DNA of 64,000 bases, taken from contig CAZJGK010000001.1 in assembly GCA_964545545.1 (NCBI GenBank), positions 35,375-99,374 on the forward strand, read 5' to 3'. The notes under the pieces are model-generated. The model saw only the letters and a list, made by a program, of their open reading frames with translations, was not told the origin of the DNA and made no database searches. This document shows positions 56,588 through 64,000 of the stretch, in pieces (the first letter of the stretch is position 1; the number at the start of each line of letters is the position of its first letter). Both the position numbers and the translations under genes were made by a program. The stretch is from an uncultured Fibrobacteraceae bacterium (GTDB taxonomy: Bacteria > Krumholzibacteriota > Krumholzibacteriia > LZORAL124-64-63).

Positions 56588-58477
56588 CTACTTGATATAG
56601 AGTACCTTGCCCTTCAGCACGCCGCGGGGAATTCCCGTCACGGGATCCTTCATTCCCAGGCGGTACATGTAGACGCCGGCACTCGGCCTCTTGGTCGTGA
56701 ATATGGACACCCCGTTCTCGCCCTCACCCATTTCGCCCAGATTCCGGCGCTCGATGAGCCGGCCCCGCAGGTCGAAGACCTCCAGGGTGACCAGGTTGCG
56801 GTCAGGCATGGCAAAGCGGATATCCGGCTGCGACGAAGGACCGCTGCCGCCGGTCACGGTGGCGTAGCCCAGCCCGTTTCCCGAGGGATCGGGAACACCG
56901 CTGACACCCGTGGCCAGATGGGCCCAGGTGGGGCAGCACTCGCCCGGGAATTCCCGGTACCACCAGGAACGCGTCCCGTAGCTGTCGGTCGAGGGAATGA
57001 ACGAATCCCCATCCATGAGGACCACCCCGAAGAAGAAGGCTCCATCACCCAATCCTGCGGGATACCCCAGGCTGGTCAGGTCAATGGCCATTTCGGCCGT
57101 ATACCCGGTGTCCGCCTGGGTACCGAGAGTATCGACGGTCGTGCCGGCCATCAGGTCCACGGCCACCTGGGCATGGCCGTCGGTCACCAAACTGAGCAGG
57201 TCGTCCTGGGCTATGGCCTGGCCGTCGGGGCCCACCTGGAACGAGAGGCGCCGGGTCAGCAACTGGTTGTCCGTATCGCGTTGGACGCGGTCGTCGATGG
57301 TCACGATGAAACCGTCCCAGCGGTTCAGGTCGGGATGGTACTGGACCACCTGGTCATGCGCCACGAATCCCAGGTAGAGCATGTCGCCGCGATGGTAGAC
57401 CTTGACGGTGGCGTCACCCGGATCGACCACGAAGGCCACATCCCCGTTGACCGTGGGCTGGAACTGGCCGGCGCGGTACGGTCCGACGCCGTCGTAGGTG
57501 TCCACCAGGGTGCCCGGATCCCAGCGGATGTCGAACGAGTAGATGTCCGGATCGGTCCACACGGCCTCGTCGAGCTTACCGTCGACGACCGGAGCGGTAT
57601 CGATATTCTTGATCACCATTTCGGGCCCGATCTCGGGCACGGGTCCGGACGCCGTGGTGACATCCGGGCTCGCAAAGATCCGCACCTCGTTGTAAAATGA
57701 TGTATTGCCCCAGGGCCCCTGCCACCAGACCCGATTGGAGCTGAACGTATTCACGTTGATGGGCCAATACCAGTCGCAGTCGTAGAGCGAGATGTTCCAT
57801 TCGACCACATCGCCGCCGGGCTGGGTGACATCGTAGCCCATGGGCGTCAGGTTGAAACGCATCTCCACGGTGTAGCCGACATCCGGAGTGGAGTCGTCAT
57901 TGGTGATCCCGTCGACCACCGTCACGGCATCCCAGTTGGCGATCTGCTCGGCGGTGCGGGGCGCGCCGTGGGGCAATTCGGCCCAGGATCCTATGAAGCT
58001 GGGCATGGTGCCCGGCGCCTGGGGGTCGGTCATTTCGTCGTGCCACCAGGAGTAGAAATACTCGGCGACAGGCTTGGGTGAATAGTCGGCGGTGTGATCC
58101 TTCATCCCCATCAACAGGCCATCAAAGCGGTTGAACTGGGCGCTGCCACCGATGGACTGGTCCGGGATCACGGCCCCGAGGTAGAGCTGGTTGCCGCGCA
58201 CCAGGAACTTGAGGGTCGCATGTGTGGGATCGACGGGATTCCAGCCGCTTTCGGTCTTCCAGCCGCTGCCGGGGATCCCCGCATCAACTCCGTAATCAAT
58301 GACATAGGTCTCGGCCTGAGCCCAGTCCGCCTCGTCGAGCACACCGTCCAGGGTTATGGAATCGAGCGCGGTGCGCGCCCAGATGGCGTCCAGCCGGGGC
58401 GTGGCCGCCGAAGCCAGGGAAGCACTGATCATCACCAGGACCAGGGCTACCGGCAGAATCGTGGACAATTTTCTCAT
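56588..58477 (-). CDS. T9SS-secreted protein with two CBM9-like carbohydrate-binding domains
   Basis: GAGGAGGAGG RBS. Signal peptide MRKLSTILPVALVLVMISASLASA. Two copies of the ...DG.LDEA.W... start motif (ITLDGVLDEADWAQAE and PVVDGKLDEAVWTDPD). The C-terminus ends GVYMYRLGMKDPVTGIPRGVLKGKVLYIK. Confidence 0.8.
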   Translation of the reverse strand: MRKLSTILPVALVLVMISASLASAATPRLDAIWARTALDSITLDGVLDEADWAQAETYVIDYGVDAGIPGSGWKTESGWNPVDPTHATLKFLVRGNQLYLGAVIPDQSIGGSAQFNRFDGLLMGMKDHTADYSPKPVAEYFYSWWHDEMTDPQAPGTMPSFIGSWAELPHGAPRTAEQIANWDAVTVVDGITNDDSTPDVGYTVEMRFNLTPMGYDVTQPGGDVVEWNISLYDCDWYWPINVNTFSSNRVWWQGPWGNTSFYNEVRIFASPDVTTASGPVPEIGPEMVIKNIDTAPVVDGKLDEAVWTDPDIYSFDIRWDPGTLVDTYDGVGPYRAGQFQPTVNGDVAFVVDPGDATVKVYHRGDMLYLGFVAHDQVVQYHPDLNRWDGFIVTIDDRVQRDTDNQLLTRRLSFQVGPDGQAIAQDDLLSLVTDGHAQVAVDLMAGTTVDTLGTQADTGYTAEMAIDLTSLGYPAGLGDGAFFFGVVLMDGDSFIPSTDSYGTRSWWYREFPGECCPTWAHLATGVSGVPDPSGNGLGYATVTGGSGPSSQPDIRFAMPDRNLVTLEVFDLRGRLIERRNLGEMGEGENGVSIFTTKRPSAGVYMYRLGMKDPVTGIPRGVLKGKVLYIK

Positions 58478-59571
58478 GGTTGAACCTCCTCCTCGCCGGG
58501 GGCGTGGATTTGCGGGAAATCACATATCTGCGGCCTGAGCTCCGTCTGAGGCCTGGGCGTGAATAATTTGGGATTCGGGGCTCCACAGGATTGCCTGATT
58601 TTCAAGGTGGTGGGAAGGACGACCCGGCGGGGAGTATCGGAGGCGTTGTCGTCCAGGACATCCAGCATCATTTCAACCGCCCGCCCGCCCAACCCGCTGG
58701 CATCGACACTAACGGTGGTCAAGGCAGGATTCATATACCCGGCCAGGGTGACATCGTCGAAACCGACCACGGCGATATCACCCGGAACTTCTATCCTCCC
58801 TTCACGCAGGGAGGCCAGCAGGCCGATGGCCATGCTGTCGTTGGCCACAAATACGGCCGTAGGCCGGGGCTTGTGTTTCAGGATGACCGAAGCGGCCTTG
58901 AAACCCGTCGTTTCACGAAAATCACCCGGCACGATGAGAGCCCGGTCGGGATCCTGGCCGGCTGCGGCCAAAGCCCTGCGGAAACCGCGATGGCGGTCGT
59001 TGGCATCGACATTATCCGCAGGCCCGGCAACCATGGCAATGTCGCGGTGCCCCAGCCCGAGCAGGTGGTTCACCGCATTTTCCGCCCCATGGACATTATC
59101 CACGGCCACGGAATGGCAACCTTCGATTTCCCCGCAGGGGTTCAGCAGGACGACGGGAACCCGCCGGCGCGCCCTGATGGCGGTTTCGATGGATCTCTCG
59201 TCGGGGGCCATCATGATGACGCCGTCGATGCGGCCCAACATGGCCCTGCTGGCCATGACCACTTCCTCGAGATTGAAGCAGGAACTGGACAGCAGGATCT
59301 GGAATCCGTTGCGGTGGGAAACGAGATCGATCCCGCGGATTATTTCCGAATAGAATTCACCGAAAAGGTCAGGCAGCAGCACGCCGAAGGTATGCGTGCG
59401 GCGGGTCGTCAGACTCTGGGCGGCAGGATTGGGCCAATAGTCCAGCTCGGCGGCGACTTTGAGGATGTTGCCGGCGGTTTCGGCATTGACCAGAGATTGA
59501 TTGTTGTAAACCCTGGAAACTGTGGCTATCGATACCCCGGCGGCGCGGGCGACGTCCCGAATGGTGGCCAC
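58474..59571 (-). CDS. LacI-family transcriptional regulator
   Basis: HTH ATIRDVARAAGVSIATVSRV. Periplasmic-binding-fold core with a roughly 40-aa C-terminal extension. Its TGA overlaps the ATG of the CBM9 gene. Start taken at GTG 59571 (AGGGGGA upstream); an ATG at 59631 is an alternative. Confidence 0.8.
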   Translation of the reverse strand: MATIRDVARAAGVSIATVSRVYNNQSLVNAETAGNILKVAAELDYWPNPAAQSLTTRRTHTFGVLLPDLFGEFYSEIIRGIDLVSHRNGFQILLSSSCFNLEEVVMASRAMLGRIDGVIMMAPDERSIETAIRARRRVPVVLLNPCGEIEGCHSVAVDNVHGAENAVNHLLGLGHRDIAMVAGPADNVDANDRHRGFRRALAAAGQDPDRALIVPGDFRETTGFKAASVILKHKPRPTAVFVANDSMAIGLLASLREGRIEVPGDIAVVGFDDVTLAGYMNPALTTVSVDASGLGGRAVEMMLDVLDDNASDTPRRVVLPTTLKIRQSCGAPNPKLFTPRPQTELRPQICDFPQIHAPGEEEVQP

Positions 59572-59677
59572 TTCGGTTCCCCCTGTGCGATCCCGCCGAC
59601 CTGTCCTCAGTTCGGCAAGATCCAGTATCATTGGCCCAGGGCTTTCCGTGGCCCGGGAGGACAAACTTATTCCCAAT

Positions 59678-59693
59678 ATGTAAACGGTTTCAT
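59678..59693. promoter_or_regulatory. Imperfect 16-bp palindrome ATGTAAACGGTTTCAT (LacI-family operator-like, TG..A.CG.T..CA) in the lacI/GH94 divergent intergenic region
   Basis: 13 of 16 positions are self-complementary. It lies between the divergent LacI and GH94 starts. Confidence 0.35.
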
Positions 59694-59806
59694 AAATAGG
59701 AGGAGCCGTCAAGTGTTTCTTTGACAAAATCCCGGGGGTGGACTAAGCATACCACAAATCATCATGAATCAGCTTTGTACAGGCTCCAGGGAACCGGGAG
59801 TGAATT

Positions 59807-62800
59807 GTGTGGGAATCTGATCAATCGCCAGCAAACCCCGGGGCAGGGTTCCTGAAAGCCGAATCCATGCTTTCCGACAGCGGCCCTGACCGCTCGCGGT
59901 ACACGGTCCTGATCCGGAGTGACGGCACCGGGTTCTCCATGGTTTCCCGTCCGGAATCCCGGTTGGCCTTGACCGCCCGGTCCACCGCAGGCGGCGCGTC
60001 GCGTGAAGGCCTGGTGTTTTTCCTGCGCGACAGGGACAGCGGAACATTCTGGTCCGTGGGGGCCGACCCCGAGCAACGCTCCGGGAGCTGGTTTCCCGGC
60101 CGCTTCACCATCAACGATACCCAGGAAGGCATCACCGCCACTCTCGAAACCTGCGTCGCCGGTGCCATGGGAGCCGAAATTCGGAGGTTGACCCTCACCA
60201 ACAGCGGCCATGTTCCGCGCCGTCTCGATGTCACGTCCCTGGCCGAAGTCGTCCTCAACGATCCTGACGCCCACGAGGCGCACCCCGTGTTCTCGAAGCT
60301 CTTTCTCCAGACCCAATTCCTGGCCGCGGCCGAGGCCCTGCTGGTGAGCCGCCGACCGCGCAGCGCCCAGGAAGCAAACCCTGTCCTGGTGCACGCCCTG
60401 GTGGGGAAAGATCGCAATGCAGACCTCGAGTACGAAACGGACCGCGCCCGGTTCTTCGGCCGCGGGTACCACCGGAACCGCCCCGCCGCCATGGTTTCCG
60501 GGTCCCCCCTCGGCGGAACCGTGGGCAACGTGCTGGACCCGGTGGTGTCCCTGCGCCGGGCGGTCGACCTGGCTCCCCGGCAGTCCGTCACCCTGGACTT
60601 CATCCTGGGTGTGGCCGGCGACGGTGCGTCGGCCGCGCGCCTGGTGGAACAGTGCCGAGCGGATGTGGACGGGATTTGCCGGGACGCCGCCAACCGCGCC
60701 CGCGAACTGATGGCTTCTCTCGGGTGCTCGGCCGGTGAGCTTGAATACGCCCAGCGCCTCGCCGCGGTCCTCATCGCCGGGGATCGGCGTTTGGTCCGGC
60801 CAAGGGCCGCGGCTGCGGGGGCTGGATCCGCCGTTCTGCAACCGTTCGGCCTTTCCTCCCGCGCCCCCCTGGTGGTGGTCCTGCGTGACCGCGAAAATAG
60901 GTGGCGACCCCTTGCCCGCATCTGGCGAGCCATGGAACTGCCCATCCAGATCGCCCTGGGCGACGAGGCGGACGCAGCCCTGTTGTATGGCGCCGATCTG
61001 GTGGTCGAGGATTCATGGCCGGATATTTCGGGCCTGTCCGGCGGCGCCCCGGCCAGCGTGCGGGCCGTCGCCAGGAAGCGCCCGGACCCTGGACGTGCCG
61101 CCCCGACCCAGGGGGAACAGCCGGTCCCTGCTGACCCGAACTTTGCCGACCGAATTCTGGCCGGTCTGGCCTTTGCCAACGGCAGCGGAGGATTCGATCC
61201 CCAGTCGCAGGAATACGTGATGGCCCTCGGCCCCGCACCTGACGGCTCACGACAGGTGCCTCCCCGACCCTGGGCCAACGTGCTGGCCAACCCGCGCCTC
61301 GGCTGCATCGTCAGCGAAACCGGCGCCGGTTGCACCTGGTACGGCAACAGCCGGGAACACCGCCTCACCCCCTGGTTCAACGACCCGTTGCTGGATCCCC
61401 ACGGGGACGCCCTTTACCTGAGGGACGATGATGACGGCGGGTTCTTTTCCTGCCTGCCCGGCCCGGCCCCGGGAAAAGCCCATTACCGCATGGCTCACGG
61501 GTTCGGGTACAGCCGTTGCCGGCGCAGCCCAGAGGCCGACCACCTGGAGGTGGAAACCCTGCTGTTCGTGGCCCGGGACGAACCGGTGCGGATCGCCCGC
61601 GTCCTGATCACCAACCGCAGCGATCGGACCCGGCAACTTTCTCTTTTCTCATACCAGCAGCTCGTCCTGGGAGGAACGCCGCGGGACGCCGGCCGCTTCG
61701 TGGCCACGGCCCCGGCCTTCGACGGCCACGGCATGCTGGCGCGAAACCCCCAGTCCGGCTCCTTCGCCGCCGAGGTGGCGTTTGCCGCCGTGGTGGGCGA
61801 TGAACATGTGACGGCCGTTCATCACAGCGGCGACCGGGCAGCCTTCCTGGGTCCCAACCACGACCCGGCCCGGCCCGCGGCCCTTACGCAGCCCTCATTG
61901 GACGGGCGCAGCGGTTCCGGCTTGGCGTCGTGTTTCGCCCTGCAGGCCAACCTGAGGTTGGCGGCCGGGGAATCCGCCGTGGTCGCTTTCCTGCTGGGTC
62001 AGGACCGGGACCTGGACTGCGTCACGTCCCTGGTGGATGATTTGTCGCGTCCCGGCCGCTGCGACGAGGTCTTCGACGAGGTCAAAGAGTTCTGGCACCG
62101 CGGTCTGGACGGCATCCGGATCGAGACGCCCACCCCGGCCCTGGATATCATGGTCAACGGCTGGCTGGCCTACCAGACCCTGGCCTGCCGCATCTGGGCC
62201 CGCTCGGCCCTTTACCAGTCCGGCGGCGCCTTCGGGTTCCGCGACCAGTTGCAGGATTCCCTGGCCTTGATGCCCATCTGGCCCGAACTGGCCCGCGCTC
62301 AGATCATCCTGCATGCCGCCCACCAGTTTCTCCAGGGGGATGTCCTGCACTGGTGGCATCCGCCCCATGACAGCGGCATCCGCACGCGTTTCGCCGACGA
62401 TTTGTTGTGGCTGCCGTTTGCGGCCGTGGAATACGTCCGGACCACCGGCGACGACACCATCCTGGCGGAACAGGCTCCCTTCATCGAGGGACCGCCCCTG
62501 TCTCCCGGGCAGGACGAGGTTTTCCTGAAGCCCCTCCTGGCGGACCAATCCGCCGACATCTACGAGCATTGCTGCCGGGCCCTCGACCGCTCCCTGGCCA
62601 CCGGTGAACACGGCCTGCCGCTCTTCGGCACCGGTGACTGGAACGACGGCATGAATCGTGTCGGCCGGGAAGGCCGCGGGGAAAGCGTCTGGATGGGCTT
62701 TTTCCTGGTCACCATCATCGACGGGTTCGTGCCCTTCTGCGAACAGCGGGGCGACCACGCACGCGCCGCCGGCTACCGCACACATCGCGATCTCCTGGCC

Positions 62801-63631
62801 GCCGCCCTGAACGCCGCCGGCTGGGACGGCCGCTGGTATCGCCGGGGTTACTACGACGACGGCTCTCCCCTGGGCAGCAGCAAGAACCGGGAATGCCGCA
62901 TCGACGCCCTGGCCCAGGCCTGGTCGGTGCTCTCGGGTGTCGCCTCGCCGGAGCGCGCCGCACAGGCCATGGACGCGGTGGAAGAAAATTTGATCGACGA
63001 CCGGCAACGCCTGATTCGCCTGCTGACGCCTCCGTTCGTGTCGTCTCCCCACGACCCCGGATACATCAAGGGTTACGTGGCGGGCGTCCGCGAAAACGGG
63101 GGCCAATACACCCACGCCGCCCTGTGGGTCGTGCGGGCCATGGCGCTCCTGGGACGACGCGATCGCGCCGCCGCCCTCCTTGACCTGCTCAACCCCATCC
63201 TGCACGCGACCACTGCCGACGAGGTCGCCCGCTACCAGGTAGAACCCTACGTCGTGGCCGCCGATGTCTACGGCGCAGCCCCTCATGTCGGCCGTGGCGG
63301 CTGGACCTGGTACACCGGTTCCTCGGGTTGGATGTTGCGTGTGGCGCTGGAATCCGTGCTCGGCCTGAGCACCGAAAGCGACACCCTGGTGATCGCACCC
63401 TGCGTTCCCGACGCCTGGCCGCGGTACGCCATGACCTGGCGAGTGCCGGGGTCCGGCGGCACCCGATACGAAATCAAGGTCGAGAATCCCCGGCTTTGCA
63501 GCGCCCAGGTGGTCGCCATCGTTCTGGATGGCGAGACCGTAACGCCGGTCGCGGGAGCCGCCCGTGTGCCGTTGCTCAAGGACGGCTTGCCCCACCGCCT
63601 CGAACTGACCCTCGGACCCTCACAGGAGTGA
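59807..63631 (+). CDS. GH94-family glycoside phosphorylase (cellobiose/cellodextrin/1,2-beta-oligoglucan phosphorylase-like, 1274 aa)
   Basis: GTG start with GGGAG upstream. GH94 signatures: FRDQLQD, and [10 protein letters not shown] containing the catalytic DWND. There is a roughly 500-aa extra N-terminal region. Confidence 0.85.
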   Translation: MWESDQSPANPGAGFLKAESMLSDSGPDRSRYTVLIRSDGTGFSMVSRPESRLALTARSTAGGASREGLVFFLRDRDSGTFWSVGADPEQRSGSWFPGRFTINDTQEGITATLETCVAGAMGAEIRRLTLTNSGHVPRRLDVTSLAEVVLNDPDAHEAHPVFSKLFLQTQFLAAAEALLVSRRPRSAQEANPVLVHALVGKDRNADLEYETDRARFFGRGYHRNRPAAMVSGSPLGGTVGNVLDPVVSLRRAVDLAPRQSVTLDFILGVAGDGASAARLVEQCRADVDGICRDAANRARELMASLGCSAGELEYAQRLAAVLIAGDRRLVRPRAAAAGAGSAVLQPFGLSSRAPLVVVLRDRENRWRPLARIWRAMELPIQIALGDEADAALLYGADLVVEDSWPDISGLSGGAPASVRAVARKRPDPGRAAPTQGEQPVPADPNFADRILAGLAFANGSGGFDPQSQEYVMALGPAPDGSRQVPPRPWANVLANPRLGCIVSETGAGCTWYGNSREHRLTPWFNDPLLDPHGDALYLRDDDDGGFFSCLPGPAPGKAHYRMAHGFGYSRCRRSPEADHLEVETLLFVARDEPVRIARVLITNRSDRTRQLSLFSYQQLVLGGTPRDAGRFVATAPAFDGHGMLARNPQSGSFAAEVAFAAVVGDEHVTAVHHSGDRAAFLGPNHDPARPAALTQPSLDGRSGSGLASCFALQANLRLAAGESAVVAFLLGQDRDLDCVTSLVDDLSRPGRCDEVFDEVKEFWHRGLDGIRIETPTPALDIMVNGWLAYQTLACRIWARSALYQSGGAFGFRDQLQDSLALMPIWPELARAQIILHAAHQFLQGDVLHWWHPPHDSGIRTRFADDLLWLPFAAVEYVRTTGDDTILAEQAPFIEGPPLSPGQDEVFLKPLLADQSADIYEHCCRALDRSLATGEHGLPLFGTGDWNDGMNRVGREGRGESVWMGFFLVTIIDGFVPFCEQRGDHARAAGYRTHRDLLAAALNAAGWDGRWYRRGYYDDGSPLGSSKNRECRIDALAQAWSVLSGVASPERAAQAMDAVEENLIDDRQRLIRLLTPPFVSSPHDPGYIKGYVAGVRENGGQYTHAALWVVRAMALLGRRDRAAALLDLLNPILHATTADEVARYQVEPYVVAADVYGAAPHVGRGGWTWYTGSSGWMLRVALESVLGLSTESDTLVIAPCVPDAWPRYAMTWRVPGSGGTRYEIKVENPRLCSAQVVAIVLDGETVTPVAGAARVPLLKDGLPHRLELTLGPSQE

Positions 63632-63645
63632 CGACATGACCGGGT

Positions 63646-64000
63646 TTCCTTCGGATTTCCTGTGGGGAGCGGCCACCTCGGCCTACCAGATCGAAGGTTC
63701 TCCCCTGGCCGACGGCGGAGGCATCAGCAACTGGCAGGTTTTCTCCCACACTCCCGGCAACACCCTGAACGGGGAAACCGGCGACACCGCCTGTGACCAC
63801 TACAATCTGTGGCGGCAGGACATCGCCCTCATGAGCGACCTCGGACTGCAGGCCTACCGGTTCAGCCTGGCCTGGAGCAGGATCCTGCCCCAGGGCACCG
63901 GAACGGTGAACATCGCCGGCCTGGATTTCTACGATCGGCTGGTGGACGGTCTGCTGGCCGCCGGCATCCAGCCGGTGCCGACCCTTTTCCACTGGGACAT
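63646..64000 (+). CDS. Second GH1 beta-glucosidase (partial, runs off the window end)
   Basis: [21 protein letters not shown]...[24 protein letters not shown]. Paralogous to the 637..2040 product. It starts 15 nt after the GH94 stop. Absent from the ORF track because it is truncated. Confidence 0.85.

Noticed and set aside
61895-63595. 566-aa ORF antisense to GH94
   Set aside because: The GH94 frame carries RDQLQD and GDWND.

Overview
This is a high-GC (about 65-70%), densely coding bacterial chromosomal window. At least four proteins end in the type IX secretion (T9SS) C-terminal sorting motif (G[VI]Y[LM]Y[RS]L...K), and a PorV-like outer-membrane protein is encoded here. That points to an FCB-superphylum-type organism, but the window has no SusC/SusD pairs, so probably not Bacteroidia. 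No rRNA, tRNA, CRISPR or transposase genes were recognised. Reading left to right, the window contains:
(1) A beta-glucan (laminarin-like) locus: a GH1 beta-glucosidase, a clan GH-A glycosidase fused to a roughly 700-aa beta-rich C-terminal region, a GH16 laminarinase lipoprotein whose start overlaps the stop of a ROK regulator, and a Big_2 surface lipoprotein.
(2) An S9 peptidase and an outer-membrane-protein gene.
(3) A five-gene cyclic-nucleotide module: SH3b protein, M48 peptidase, CHASE2 adenylate cyclase, MBL-fold hydrolase, and an MscS channel with a cNMP-binding domain.
(4) Housekeeping genes: arfB, cupin, THUMP methyltransferase, GNAT, an MGMT-AlkA fusion, msrB, ppiB, AI-2E transporter, CPBP protease, pyk, def, mqn radical SAM enzyme, SDR.
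(5) A low-GC islet carrying a DUF222-HNH endonuclease gene.
(6) An unusual operon of two acetate-kinase-family paralogues (one catalytically degenerate) plus a cysteine-less FolE2/MptA-like T-fold protein, divergent from a hybrid histidine kinase and a cN-II-type 5'-nucleotidase.
(7) A roughly 12-kb minus-strand cluster: LacI regulator, T9SS CBM9 protein, TonB-dependent receptor, large T9SS FN3 protein, PorV-like protein, T9SS (alpha/alpha)6 glycosidase and a secreted protein, divergent from a GH94 glycoside phosphorylase and a second GH1. This looks like a T9SS-dependent, SusD-less glycan-utilisation locus.
Many adjacent genes overlap as ATGA or TGATG, suggesting translational coupling. Most long antisense ORFs in the track are high-GC artefacts.
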